Assembly (NCBI RefSeq): GCF_000025125.1
Contig: NC_013771.1
Span: 1,080,001 to 1,112,000, forward strand
Reading direction: 5' to 3'
Source of the DNA: Candidatus Atelocyanobacterium thalassa isolate ALOHA
GTDB taxonomy: Bacteria; Cyanobacteriota; Cyanobacteriia; Cyanobacteriales; Microcystaceae
Length of the DNA stretch: 32,000 bases
The notes below the pieces were generated by a model. The model was not told where the DNA came from. It did not search any database and saw only the letters and a list, made by a program, of their open reading frames with translations. Below, piece after piece: positions 17,701 to 27,493 of this stretch. Each line of letters begins with the position of its first letter. Within the stretch, counting starts at the first letter, position 1. The translations under genes and the position numbers were made by a program.

Positions 17701-20700
17701 AAAGTTTTTTGCTAAAGAACTACAATTAAAAGGTAGTGGAAGGTTTAAAGGGACCTTGATTATAAAAAAATTATTAACTGATGTATTCTCTGGAGGAAAC
17801 CTTCAAATACTAGGAGATTTAATTCTACAAAATTTTGCTATTAATGAAAAATTTTTTGAACCTTTACTAGTAGGTAAAATCAATATTCCTGTGGGGAAAA
17901 GTATCTTTGTTGATTTACAAGGTTCTGAAGATATAATTAAAATGTCTTTGCAACCATGTATTAAGTCAAAATGTTCTTTGCCATATCTCCCATCATTTTT
18001 TACATTACTTCAGAAATTTGGCTCAGAAGTACCAATGGTTATACAAAGTAAATTAAAAAATGATGATGTAGTTGCTACTATTAAAGCACTTCCGCTTAAT
18101 ATTTTTAATATACCTCCGAGTAAAAACTATAATATATCCAATTACATTTCAGGTGTACTAGACACTGAAATTATTATCAATCCATTTAACTTAGAAGGGA
18201 AAGGAAAGTTAAAAATTAAAAACCCTAATACTGATCTTATTGAGACACCACAGTTAGGGGCTGAAATAGTTTATAAAAATAATATTATCAACTTAGAAAA
18301 TATTACTTTAGGCTTAAGAAAAAGCTTATATCAAGCGCAAGCATCAATTAATTTAATCTCAGAAGATATTAGTGGTGTATTAAGCATTAAAGAGGGACAA
18401 ATAAAAGATTTATTTGCCATATCAAAAGTTTTTAATATCGAACGTTTACTCGATTTATTACAAGTTAAAACTATTGACAGTCAAAACATAGTAGATCTTT
18501 TGCCTGAATCAATAGGGAATGTTGATGCTAATATTGCAGAACAAATCAATTTATTAGCAATAATCGATCAAAATATACGTAATCTAGCTGATAAGAAAGA
18601 AAAATGGGGCGTCCCTACTGAACTTGATATTCGTGGAAACTTTGATACAAATATCATATTAGGGGGTAATTTGCACGATCCCAGAGTAGATATCACTTTA
18701 ACAGGTAAAAAATGGGAATGGCATTCTCGAGAACCTTATCGTGATGTTATAAATCCTTTAGGTTTAATTGTTCGAAGACAATCATTTATTCCTATTGATG
18801 AAGTATTAATTAATGCTAAGCTCGCAAATAATATTATCAACATTAATCCTGCTTTTATTCAAATTAATGGTACTAGTCTTGGTTTAGATGGAGAATTTTC
18901 TTTACAAGAAATTGATGCTAACTGGCAAATTAACTATCTTTCAGTTGACACTATTAAAAATTTTATAAATATTCCCATAAATGCTACTGGAGCATTAAAT
19001 GCATCAGGTTCTATTATTGGAGATACTTTCAATCCCCAACTCCAAGGTAATTTTGCATTTGTAGATGCTGCATTTGAAGGACAATCATTAAATTCAACCG
19101 TTGAAGGACAATTTAGTTACGAAAATTCTCGATTTCAACTTTTAACTAATGAATCATCAATAATATTTGCATCTGTTAATATTCCGTTCATAAACTATGA
19201 AGAAAATAATGAGTTTGATATTAATATTCAACTAGATACTGAGGCACTTCAATTGCTAAGTATCATAACAAACGAACAAATATCTTTAACTAGTGGAGAA
19301 GGTCAAATTAATGCACAAGCTACAGGTCAATTAGATGCATCCCAAGGATTATTATTATCAGATTTAAGTATAGGGGGAGCCATTATACTTAATGAAACAA
19401 TATTTCAGAGCAAAACACTTTCTCAACCACTAACAGTTAGCGGGAAGATCAATATTAATAAACAAATTATTGATGTCAAAGAAATACAAGGTAATTTTGC
19501 TGACAGTACCTTAAAAATTAGTGGTATTCTACCTTTATTTAAACCACAAGAAAACTTAAACAATCCTTTAATTATTTCAATTGATAAAGGAGAAATAAAA
19601 TTAGAGGAATTGTATAAAGGTATAGTAGACGGTGAGTTGACAATAACAGGTGCTGCTATTCAACCAATTATTGGTGGTCAAATAAAATTAATTGATGGGC
19701 AAATATTCTTACCAACAAAGGTGGAAGACCAGGAAGAGACTGTTGCTCAAATTAATCAATGGGTAAAGAGAAGATCAAGACAGAATAATGCAAATAGTCA
19801 GTTTATTTCCTTTATTCCTGAATTACAGAATTTTCAATTAAGTCTTGAAAATTTATTTATCGAAGTATTACCTTTGTTTAGATTTGATTTTGGTGGCGAC
19901 GTTATGATAAGTGGTTCATTAACAGACTTTACTTCAGTAAAACCAGAAGGGAAAATTGATGTAAATAGAGGTTTAGTAAATTTCTTAGACACTCGTTTCT
20001 TCGTTGAACGAAGAAAAGATAATAAGATTGTCTTTATTCCAGAAAAAGGTTTACTAAATCCTAGTTTAGATATTTCTATGAGAGCTATTGTTTCAGAGGT
20101 TCCGGACACGGCTAGAAATTTTCGAACAGGAGATACTACTGAAATTCCTGATGACAGTTTAAGTAAGGTACAAAGGATTGATATTGATTTATCACTTGAT
20201 GGTCCTTTGTCTCAATTAACTCCAAACTTAGGAAAAGATGCAAATCAAGTTTGCCAAATAAATAATTTACTTAAACCAATCCAAAATACTACTCATCTAT
20301 CTGAAACAGATTTAGAAACTGCTAGTATTTGCTTACAAGCTATTACAACAAAAGGAACTGTAGGAGAGCAACTATTAAGTAATCCTGTTATTAATTTAAC
20401 TAGTAATCCTCCACGATCCCAAGGAGAAATTGTTCGTTTATTAGGAGAACAATTTTTAGTTTTAGCAGAAGAATTACAAGATCAGAATACAGAACAATTA
20501 GTACAATTTGGTATTGTACAATTAGCTTTACCAATGGTATTTCAAAGTTTTATTTACGATTTAGAGTCATCTGTAAATGAAACTATTAATAGTGCAGATT
20601 TTAGAATTGTCCCTTTTTTAGAAACCATATATGAAGTTGAAAACAAAGGTTATGTACGTTTATCTTATGATTATGCTCTTAATGGATTTCGTGTTAGGTA

Positions 20701-20716
20701 TGAAAAGCGTTTTTAA
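14768..20716 (+). CDS. TamB/TIC236-like translocation and assembly module protein (DUF490-type C-terminus)
   Basis: 1982 aa, with a single N-terminal TM helix (FVLFSTGVVVSLGILLYGGANYFVY) and a long beta-rich body. The conserved C-terminal block (GKIDVNRGLVNFLDTRFFVERR...) ends in an aromatic residue. Confidence 0.78.
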   Translation: MAKSSLEPLSKVSKYQALKSKWAGLVGFVRKPFVLFSTGVVVSLGILLYGGANYFVYHKLSFILSSRLSKILERDVKVGLIENLSINSIRIGNLSISATKNSGDYIDIQNATITVDFFTFLIKQTLDVNIFVNNPNFYVSQDKKEKWIALPELKLQEELNIPIKIKTNFYLNNANVFILPNNFKKIAKLNVNGKFSYTYKSNNNQKINYFVNVGLLGSEIDIKGLTDIKSWKTRTKIVVNRLELDKLFSSSNNLFTQLSKGFLNTDLNISLPSLKEIEKIKGAGKLKVTNLTSTVKELESPINIYLGLEFIGQTLKFNRTKMIFGNTITKLEGSINLQKGYDIYINSNYSLINKFPDFLNDESKPKLYGNIKSEIRLTGKVEDPIFTGIIKNNKPLLIKNSFIENFQIIFKANLRKINLKRFQIQTSEGGELFAAGEAYIDFLNLIHENEFINWQKIPVLLGLQINLPFEKVLSSYHKISEDIRFGELKIHGEFKGNLGNPKGKIIWSAPQIVKIAKQQLSGKGTIIFGKKNIFLKDTVLNTDKGNLQIKGIGNISSKKWSNLIVANNFSFNPLIKLSCTLIACPKDLTNQPIVFRKGTIRLTGQLNNLTINSFESLEKILFSVGESSIYIQTKFSKKHIAGNIFISDLLFNRYFSLLPTSVNLDRGNINFSGSLINLSNIKISDIKNFDINGTMQISLQNNPVTTDVEIRNGILTSSIKANHLFFKSHSPILSNQIQTTSKVNITGNINSFISSLRTTPNINSFSGNADIEFFLNNNPIKITSTLSDGTIKGIARFSDFHLDNFISNLPVLNHKVQGQIAISSRLLPLIRKKPDLTNTEAHIDLQLTAGEGIINSTTHLKHNRWNSKINASQFNPRLILNNILPKTLKTNSSNLSGQAILSGNISNLFNREENLRIKAKNIIIQSQEYKQSLNATGDIFVFNIFTKPDINAYLSLEVNSILDKIHLNQFFPSSSSKIKFFAKELQLKGSGRFKGTLIIKKLLTDVFSGGNLQILGDLILQNFAINEKFFEPLLVGKINIPVGKSIFVDLQGSEDIIKMSLQPCIKSKCSLPYLPSFFTLLQKFGSEVPMVIQSKLKNDDVVATIKALPLNIFNIPPSKNYNISNYISGVLDTEIIINPFNLEGKGKLKIKNPNTDLIETPQLGAEIVYKNNIINLENITLGLRKSLYQAQASINLISEDISGVLSIKEGQIKDLFAISKVFNIERLLDLLQVKTIDSQNIVDLLPESIGNVDANIAEQINLLAIIDQNIRNLADKKEKWGVPTELDIRGNFDTNIILGGNLHDPRVDITLTGKKWEWHSREPYRDVINPLGLIVRRQSFIPIDEVLINAKLANNIININPAFIQINGTSLGLDGEFSLQEIDANWQINYLSVDTIKNFINIPINATGALNASGSIIGDTFNPQLQGNFAFVDAAFEGQSLNSTVEGQFSYENSRFQLLTNESSIIFASVNIPFINYEENNEFDINIQLDTEALQLLSIITNEQISLTSGEGQINAQATGQLDASQGLLLSDLSIGGAIILNETIFQSKTLSQPLTVSGKININKQIIDVKEIQGNFADSTLKISGILPLFKPQENLNNPLIISIDKGEIKLEELYKGIVDGELTITGAAIQPIIGGQIKLIDGQIFLPTKVEDQEETVAQINQWVKRRSRQNNANSQFISFIPELQNFQLSLENLFIEVLPLFRFDFGGDVMISGSLTDFTSVKPEGKIDVNRGLVNFLDTRFFVERRKDNKIVFIPEKGLLNPSLDISMRAIVSEVPDTARNFRTGDTTEIPDDSLSKVQRIDIDLSLDGPLSQLTPNLGKDANQVCQINNLLKPIQNTTHLSETDLETASICLQAITTKGTVGEQLLSNPVINLTSNPPRSQGEIVRLLGEQFLVLAEELQDQNTEQLVQFGIVQLALPMVFQSFIYDLESSVNETINSADFRIVPFLETIYEVENKGYVRLSYDYALNGFRVRYEKRF

Positions 20717-20736
20717 GAAAGTTAATAAACTTTCTT
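20715..20736. terminator. Short hairpin overlapping the TamB-like stop, between convergent genes
   Basis: aagaaagtt / aata / aactttctt, a 9-bp stem. Confidence 0.4.
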
Positions 20737-20759
20737 GAAAACACTATTTCTAGTAACAT

Positions 20760-21320
20760 TTAGGTACGAGAAAAAGAAACTATCCAGGTACCAACATAAA
20801 CTCTAAGTGGAATTTGTCCAGAAGTTAAAATATCACAAATAAAATAATAAGTACCAGAACTAGGATTTTTAAGATTAGAGAATACAAGTTCAACTGAATT
20901 CCCTGCCTCAAGATCTTTTTCTATATCAATCTCTAGTACACGATTTTCTTTGTCCCAATAAATTTCTTTAATCGGGATAGATTCTCCACCAACACGAACA
21001 TCTACAGATTTTGTATTAAACTTCCCATCAAACTTTGGATCTTTAAGATAAGATACAAAGAATTTGCTAACGCCTTGAGTTAATTTTTTTTTAGGTACAC
21101 GCAACCTCATACGTTCACCATAAAACTTAGGGCGTCCGTTAAAATCAAGCTTATACTCTAAAATATCACTACGATTTTCTATACCACTAAAAATAACTAA
21201 ACCTGAATTTCCATTAGCCATAGAAAGATCAGGAGATAAAGTGAATAAACATCCAGATAAGGCTAGAGATGCTGTAGAGTATCTAAAAATTTTTGCTTTT
21301 AAAGTTTTTACTATTTTCAT
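20760..21320 (-). CDS. secreted/lipoprotein-like conserved cyanobacterial protein (DUF2808-like)
   Basis: Signal peptide with LSGC, a possible lipobox. The beta-rich body ends in NPSSGTYYF....G.W. Family name is from memory. Confidence 0.45.
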   Translation of the reverse strand: MKIVKTLKAKIFRYSTASLALSGCLFTLSPDLSMANGNSGLVIFSGIENRSDILEYKLDFNGRPKFYGERMRLRVPKKKLTQGVSKFFVSYLKDPKFDGKFNTKSVDVRVGGESIPIKEIYWDKENRVLEIDIEKDLEAGNSVELVFSNLKNPSSGTYYFICDILTSGQIPLRVYVGTWIVSFSRT

Positions 21321-21545
21321 ATAAGGTCTATTAGATAAGTATTTCTTTTTTACTAAAGGATAGCATTACATTAATCAATCATAATGTAATAATTAAAATA
21401 GCTAATACAAAAATTATGCTTTAAGCTCATCTTTATCTATAAAATCAAGAAATATTTTTATTTTTACGTTATTCAAATTAATTTTTGTAATATTTACGAG
21501 TGCTCAAATACTATCGAAAAATCAAGAAAACAAGGGTAATACAAT

Positions 21546-21845
21546 TTATTTATCTTGTTTATTTTTATATTTAATAATTTCTTCATAGAATCCAAATACT
21601 ACTAAAGTATTAGACAATGTGAGGAATAGTTCAGCTGCTCCATGTAACCAATCAATATTGGCTAACTCTTCTTCATATACTTCTTTTGCAAAAATACCAG
21701 CAGGAATTGTTATTGCAACAAAAATCAATAAACAATAAAAACCTATTAACGCAAGTCTTGGTGTTTCCTTTGAGTATGTTAAAAACCATAAAAAACCAAG
21801 ATAAGGAAATAAAGATAATAAGAATAATGTATTTACAGATAACAT
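21546..21845 (-). CDS. small membrane protein (DUF3593-like)
   Basis: 99 aa with 3 predicted TM helices. It is adjacent to a Ycf49-like gene, as in many cyanobacteria. Confidence 0.5.
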   Translation of the reverse strand: MLSVNTLFLLSLFPYLGFLWFLTYSKETPRLALIGFYCLLIFVAITIPAGIFAKEVYEEELANIDWLHGAAELFLTLSNTLVVFGFYEEIIKYKNKQDK

Positions 21846-21903
21846 AATAAAACATTTAGAATTTTAGTAGAATACACCACGTAATTATTGAAAGATAACT
21901 CAG

Positions 21904-22236
21904 TTAGGTCAACTCACTGGATCCGGAATTTTCTTTATCTATAGCTTGGGAATTAAGAAAAATATGTCTGCCAGCAAGACACAAAGTACTATTACCTAAT
22001 AAAGTTAATGCTGCTTGTATAGTTACCAGCCAATCTAAAGATGGAGAATTATCAAAAAAATGCCAAAGGCATGCACATGAAGCGCTGGCCAATGATGGTA
22101 GCATAGCAACTGAAAGAAACTTCCAATAATTCTTATTGCTTACTTCTGAATAAGTCCATACAAGCCAAATAGCGATTATCCATTCAGTTACACTAGCAAT
22201 ATGGATCATCCATGTTGGAATTGAGAGTAAAGTCAT
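21904..22236 (-). CDS. Ycf49-like membrane protein (DUF2499-like)
   Basis: 110 aa with 3 TM helices and the motif IPTWMIHI.SV.EW. Confidence 0.5.
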   Translation of the reverse strand: MTLLSIPTWMIHIASVTEWIIAIWLVWTYSEVSNKNYWKFLSVAMLPSLASASCACLWHFFDNSPSLDWLVTIQAALTLLGNSTLCLAGRHIFLNSQAIDKENSGSSELT

Positions 22237-22263
22237 AGAAATTAATATATTAATTACAATTTT

Positions 22264-23223
22264 TTATTGAGATGTTACCCATTTAATTACTTCTTGACCT
22301 AAATTTTTCTGATCAAGACTATCAATTTCCCTGATACCAGTAGGACTAGTAACATTTATTTCAGTAAGATAGCCACCTATAATATCAATTCCTACAAAAT
22401 ATAAACCATCTTGCCGTAATTTCTTTCCTAAAACTTTACACATGTCATGCTCTTGAAGACTAATTTCTGCCTTTTCAACTCTTCCTCCAACAGCCATATT
22501 CCCTCTAAATTCTTGGCCAGTAGGTACTCTATTTACTGCTCCTATAGGGTTACCATTTAGTAAAATAATCCTTTTATCTCCATATTTTGCTTCAGGAAGA
22601 AACTGTTGTATCATTACTGGTTCCTGCCCCTGATGAGTACTAATTTCAATAATTGAATTAAGGTTAGGATCTTGTAGGTTTAAAATTAAAATCCCTTCGC
22701 CAGCTTTACCTCCTAATGGTTTTAAAACAGCTGTTTTGTATGTATGTACGAAGTCATGGATAATCTCTTTATCTTTACCTACGATAGTAGGCGGCATGAA
22801 CTGATGAAATTGTAAAGCATATATCTTTTCGTTAGCTTCACGTAATCCTCTAGGTGAATTGAGAACCAAGGTATTTATGGGATTAATAAGATCTAAGATA
22901 TATGTTGCATAAAGATAACGAATGTTAACAGGAGGATCTTTCCTCATAAAAACAACATTCATATCATCTAAACATACTAATCTTTGGGAAGATATCTCAT
23001 ACCAAGAAATATTTTTAGGTTTTTGCTTCTCCCTAAAAAATGTTAGGTCTACTTCTATCCTGGACATTCTTGCCCAAGCTTTTCCTTCAATAATGCTAAG
23101 TTTATTAATTTTAGTGACCCATACTTCATGTCCTAAGTCCTGAGCCGCCTCTATCATGGCAATAGTACTATCATGATTAGGCTCAAGTTCTGAAATAGGA
23201 TCAACAACAAATGCTAATTTCAT
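22264..23223 (-). CDS. gshB: glutathione synthetase (prokaryotic ATP-grasp type)
   Basis: N-terminus MKLAFVVDPI..L.P.HDST.AMIEAAQ..GHEVW and an ATP-grasp C-terminal half. It lies immediately downstream of the glutaredoxin gene. Confidence 0.9.
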   Translation of the reverse strand: MKLAFVVDPISELEPNHDSTIAMIEAAQDLGHEVWVTKINKLSIIEGKAWARMSRIEVDLTFFREKQKPKNISWYEISSQRLVCLDDMNVVFMRKDPPVNIRYLYATYILDLINPINTLVLNSPRGLREANEKIYALQFHQFMPPTIVGKDKEIIHDFVHTYKTAVLKPLGGKAGEGILILNLQDPNLNSIIEISTHQGQEPVMIQQFLPEAKYGDKRIILLNGNPIGAVNRVPTGQEFRGNMAVGGRVEKAEISLQEHDMCKVLGKKLRQDGLYFVGIDIIGGYLTEINVTSPTGIREIDSLDQKNLGQEVIKWVTSQ

Positions 23224-23230
23224 TATTTGC

Positions 23231-23488
23231 TTACTCTTCTAATAACTTGTCTAAACCTCCAGTTGCTTCCATAGAATGTAATTCATCACAACCTCCAATG
23301 AACTTATTGTTAATGAAAATTTGAGGTACACTACTTTTTCCATTGGTTCTTTCAGTCATTTTAGCTCGTGCTGCTTCATCTCCATCAATGCAGTATTCAA
23401 CAAATTTTAAATTCTTTTGATTAAGTAGTGCTTTAGCCCGAATACAAAAAGGGCAAGAACTCCATGTATATATTTCTATGTTAGTCAT
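23231..23488 (-). CDS. grxC: glutaredoxin (CPFC active site)
   Basis: IEIYTWSSCPFCIRAK, VPQIFI and GGCDE. ATG at 23488; the ORF track's TTG at 23512 is probably not used. Confidence 0.88.
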   Translation of the reverse strand: MTNIEIYTWSSCPFCIRAKALLNQKNLKFVEYCIDGDEAARAKMTERTNGKSSVPQIFINNKFIGGCDELHSMEATGGLDKLLEE

Positions 23489-23829
23489 TATGCATACCAA
23501 AAATATTAGCAATATTGATAATTGTACTAGTTTATGACTGTTTGCTACGCCAATAAATCATAAAAAATAAGTATGATGAATATTTTATACTTGATTGGAA
23601 TTGTAAAAAATTATAGTTTTCTCTTGACTAGCTTAATTGATTTGATTGAAACTTGATTTTTAACGGTTTTTCTAAGAATCGTATTTAGAGAACTATTTCG
23701 TACCAAGCCGACAGTAAAAATTTTTTATAATATGTGTTCTATATATTTTTAGAAATAATTTAAAACGATCTATACTAAAGTATATGGATTTAAAAAATTC
23801 TACTAAAGTTTCTTAGTATCACATTTATC

Positions 23830-24645
23830 ATGAAATGTACTGTCAATCGTCGCGCCGAATTTAGTGCCAGTCATCGATACTACTTGCCAGAATGGAGTAT
23901 AACTAAGAATGAAGAAGAATTTGGAGCTAACAGTTTTTCCCCAGGTCATGGACATAACTACGTTTTATTTATTTCACTGGAAGGAGAAATAAATAAGTAT
24001 GGAATGGTTGAAAACCTTTCTTTTATTAAAAAAATAATTAAACAACGAGTTATTGATGAACTTAACTATTCTTGTTTAAATAATATTTGGCAAGAATTTA
24101 GTGATACTTTACCCACTACTGAAAATATTGCTAGGATAATTTGGGAACACTTATATCCACATCTACCTATTACTGGCATAAAGTTATTTGAGCACCCCAA
24201 ACTTTGGGCTGAATACCGAGGAAATGATATGCAGGCAACATTAACCACCCAAGTCCACTTTAGTGCAGCGCACCGTCTAGCTCTTCCTAATCTTAGCTTA
24301 GAAGAAAATACAAATATTTATGGAAAATGTGCTCGTGTTCATGGCCATGGACACAATTATCATCTAGACATATCTGTAAGCGGTAATATTGATGTACGTA
24401 CTGGAATGATCGTAAATCTTGTAGATTTGCAAAATATAATTAATGACTATGTCATAGAACCTTTTGATCATACGTTCCTTAATAAAGATATTCCATATTT
24501 TGTTCAAACTATTCCTACAGCTGAAAATATCACTCTTTATATTGCTCAGCTATTAGAAGAACCAATTAGAAATCTGGGAGTTGTATTACATAAAGTTAAG
24601 TTAACTGAAAGTCCAAATAATTCCTGTGAAATTTACTGTTCCTAA
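23830..24645 (+). CDS. tandem two-domain 6-pyruvoyl-tetrahydropterin synthase-fold protein
   Basis: Two PTPS/QueD repeats: FSASHRY...PGHGHNY and FSAAHRL...GKCARVHGHGHNY. Only the second keeps the Cys before the HGH motif. Confidence 0.8.
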   Translation: MKCTVNRRAEFSASHRYYLPEWSITKNEEEFGANSFSPGHGHNYVLFISLEGEINKYGMVENLSFIKKIIKQRVIDELNYSCLNNIWQEFSDTLPTTENIARIIWEHLYPHLPITGIKLFEHPKLWAEYRGNDMQATLTTQVHFSAAHRLALPNLSLEENTNIYGKCARVHGHGHNYHLDISVSGNIDVRTGMIVNLVDLQNIINDYVIEPFDHTFLNKDIPYFVQTIPTAENITLYIAQLLEEPIRNLGVVLHKVKLTESPNNSCEIYCS

Positions 24646-24882
24646 ACAATAGAAATATTATAAATCGAAATTGAAGAGGAACAAAAATTAACTATATTTC
24701 GTTAATTAATGTAACATTATCTCACTAAACACTAGAGAGTTAATCAATAATTTGTCTAAATTGTTTTTTAAGGTTTTAAAATCCGATAAAAATGTTTATT
24801 ATTGTCTTGTCTGTACTTAAAAGATCTACCTGTTAAAGGTAGCTTATAAAATGAGCGCAGGTTAGGCAGTCTATTTTATAGT

Positions 24883-25353
24883 GTGATGTCTTTTGGCATT
24901 TACAATATTCACTTCTTAGATTTTGAAAAGGATACAGCAGATATGGAATTCAATGTTCAAGAGCAAACAAACCCAAAAGACTTAAGTACTGAAACAGAAG
25001 GAAGTCTTACACCAGCTTTTTCTCTAGGTAATCAACCCTGGCAGGAATGGTTAACTCCTATGGTAGATAGTTTTGCTAAAGTTCCCGAATATGTTGGTCG
25101 ATTCTTTAGCGAGTATAAACAGCCCCTAACTACTCTTGGCTTATTGATTCTATCTTTCATTAGTGTCAAGATCATGATTGCTGTTTTAGGAGCTATTGAT
25201 GATGTTCCTTTATTAGCTCCTTTATTACAAATAATTGGATTAGGCTATACACTCTGGTTTACCTGGCGTTACCTTTGGAAATCATCTAATAGAAAAGAGT
25301 TACTTTCTGAATTCGAAGCAGTAAAAAACCAAGTTTTTGGTAACAATATATAA
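24883..25353 (+). CDS. CAAD-domain / CURT1-family thylakoid membrane protein (CurT-like)
   Basis: The C-terminal double-TM motif AIDDVPLLAPLLQIIGLGYTLWFTWRYL is typical of CAAD/CURT1. The start is uncertain (GTG 24883, ATG 24886 or ATG 24943). Confidence 0.65.
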   Translation: MMSFGIYNIHFLDFEKDTADMEFNVQEQTNPKDLSTETEGSLTPAFSLGNQPWQEWLTPMVDSFAKVPEYVGRFFSEYKQPLTTLGLLILSFISVKIMIAVLGAIDDVPLLAPLLQIIGLGYTLWFTWRYLWKSSNRKELLSEFEAVKNQVFGNNI

Positions 25354-25379
25354 TCATTGCTATGACTTCATGATTTCTC

Positions 25380-25412
25380 GAATCCCTCCGATTATAAGAA
25401 CTCGGAGGATTC
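25380..25412 (+). terminator. Hairpin downstream of the CurT-like gene
   Basis: gaatccctccga / loop / tcggaggattc, an 11-bp stem with a one-base bulge. Confidence 0.45.
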
Positions 25413-25984
25413 ATTATAATTATCCTAAAAATAATTTTAGATCTTTGGTAAAATAAAAATTAAATTTATCAAAGTTTAATAAGTTTTTATATGTATCTTT
25501 ACTTAAATATTTAATCTTGATCTGCAGTTTGATGTTGTTTAATACTTGAGATAGGGCTGTTTTATTTAAAATAGTGTTTAGTCTCTCAATAATAAAAAAA
25601 ATAGCAGCGCAAAAGATACTTGGTTCAACATTATTCTTAAAAAAATTATAGAACTGACAAAAAAATCTTCAAGTTAGTTTTACACCACGGTAGCAAATTA
25701 TATTGAATAACAACTATAGAATCTATATATTTAATTTATATATTTAACTTTATAAAAAGACTAACACTACATATACTAGGTTTTCAGCTTTAACATACTC
25801 AAAATTCTTTAGTAATAATGCAAATTATATTGGAGTGAAGGCAATGATTATGTTAAATTTCTTAATAAGACACTGTGTTTACTAAAGTTTAAACCTTAGC
25901 GAGAATACCTCTTAAAAGACAGTACAGTGAATCACTCACGATACCAATCATCTATCTTATATTTGATAACGGATTATAGTTTCA

Positions 25985-26653
25985 ATGTTCTCTAAACAAG
26001 TTACAGATTCTAAAATTTATCAGTGGTTTAATGATCGTTTAGAAATCCAAGCTATTTCTGATGATATTACTACCAAATATGTTCCACCCCACGTTAATAT
26101 TTTTTATTGTCTTGGTGGAATTACTCTAGTCTGCTTCATCATCCAGTTTGCTACTGGTTTTGCAATGACTTTTTATTATAAACCTAGTGTTGCTGAAGCA
26201 TTCAACTCAGTTCAATACATCATGAATGAGGTTAACTTTGGATGGCTAATCCGTTCTATCCATCGTTGGTCAGCTAGTATGATGGTTTTGATGATGATAT
26301 TACATGTTTTCAGAGTATATCTTACAGGTGGATTCAAAAAACCTCGTGAATTAACCTGGATAACAGGGGTCACCATGGCTGTGCTTACAGTTTCTTTTGG
26401 AGTAACCGGTTATTCTTTACCTTGGGATCAAGTTGGTTATTGGGCAGTTAAAATAGTTTCTGGTGTACCAGCAGCTATCCCAGTAGTAGGAGACTCACTA
26501 GTAGAACTATTAAGAGGAGGACAAAGTGTAGGTCAAGCAACACTTACTCGTTTTTATAGTCTACACACCTTTGTTTTCCCTTGGTTAATTGCGGTGTTTA
26601 TGTTAGCCCACTTCTTAATGATTCGTAAACAAGGAATCTCTGGTCCTTTGTAA
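25985..26653 (+). CDS. petB: cytochrome b6
   Basis: Near-identical over its full length to cyanobacterial PetB ([26 protein letters not shown]...[13 protein letters not shown]). Confidence 0.97.
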   Translation: MFSKQVTDSKIYQWFNDRLEIQAISDDITTKYVPPHVNIFYCLGGITLVCFIIQFATGFAMTFYYKPSVAEAFNSVQYIMNEVNFGWLIRSIHRWSASMMVLMMILHVFRVYLTGGFKKPRELTWITGVTMAVLTVSFGVTGYSLPWDQVGYWAVKIVSGVPAAIPVVGDSLVELLRGGQSVGQATLTRFYSLHTFVFPWLIAVFMLAHFLMIRKQGISGPL

Positions 26654-26784
26654 TTCTGAATTTCAAAATGTTAATTAGAACAAATTAACTACTAACAAAG
26701 TTTAGATAATTTGATTCTGATTATTAATGTTTAAGCAAAAACATGAATAATCTATTATTCATACTAATAAGGAGAATTAATTAA

Positions 26785-27267
26785 ATGGCCATTGAAAAAA
26801 AGCCAGATTTAAGCAATCCTAAATTGCGTGCTAAGTTAGCTCAAGGAATGGGTCATAATTATTACGGAGAACCAGCTTGGCCTAACGATTTACTTTATAT
26901 CTTTCCAGTGGTAATCTTTGGAACTATTGGTCTAATAAGTGGTTTGGCTGTTCTTGATCCAGCTCTAGTTGGAGAACCAGCTAACCCTTTTGCTACGCCT
27001 TTAGAAATTTTACCTGAATGGTATCTATACCCTGTTTTCCAAATTCTAAGAATTCTTCCCAGTAAATTATTGGGAATTGCTTGTCAAGCAGCTATACCTT
27101 TAGGATTAATGCTTATTCCTTTCATTGAAAGTGTAAATAAGTTTCAAAATCCTTTCCGCCGTCCTCTAGCTTCTAGCGTATTTCTTTTTGGAACAGCTGT
27201 AGCACTATGGTTAGGCATAGGTGCAACCTTTCCTATTGATAAATCTTTAACTTTAGGATTATTTTAA
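26785..27267 (+). CDS. petD: cytochrome b6f complex subunit IV
   Basis: [34 protein letters not shown] and PEWY motifs. It follows petB. Confidence 0.96.
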   Translation: MAIEKKPDLSNPKLRAKLAQGMGHNYYGEPAWPNDLLYIFPVVIFGTIGLISGLAVLDPALVGEPANPFATPLEILPEWYLYPVFQILRILPSKLLGIACQAAIPLGLMLIPFIESVNKFQNPFRRPLASSVFLFGTAVALWLGIGATFPIDKSLTLGLF

Positions 27268-27304
27268 AATAAACCAAGTTTTAATTTAAGCTTCAAGTTT
27301 TTTA

Positions 27305-27350
27305 TAAGCCGAATATTCCTAAACTTTTAAGAACAGGAATATTCGGCTTA
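27305..27350 (+). terminator. petBD terminator
   Basis: Perfect 16-bp stem (taagccgaatattcct / 14-nt loop / aggaatattcggctta) followed by atatttt. Confidence 0.7.
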
Positions 27351-27493
27351 ATATTTTATACATAATTTCTTAGTTAAGAATCAATTGCAAAAATTATAAA
27401 TAATTTAATATCTGATTATCTTGATATATTCAATACAATCTAATGAAACATATTGGTGGTTTGTATATACGCCTATATCCGGAATGGCAGTCT

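Noticed and set aside
15535-20109. Four antisense ORFs within the TamB-like gene (15535-15750, 16660-16932, 16972-17184, 19834-20109), plus an impression of internal repetition in the gene
   Set aside because: The ORFs are all antisense to a continuous 5.9-kb frame. The apparent repetition is N/K/I/L-rich beta-strand periodicity at the protein level. I found no true tandem DNA repeats.
21673-21855. 60-aa ORF overlapping the DUF3593-like gene in another frame
   Set aside because: The 99-aa frame gives clean TM helices. The alternative frame is Cys/Phe-rich noise.
22922-23143. 73-aa ORF antisense to gshB
   Set aside because: It lies inside a conserved gene on the opposite strand.
24066-24248. 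60-aa ORF antisense to the tandem PTPS gene
   Set aside because: It lies inside a conserved gene on the opposite strand.
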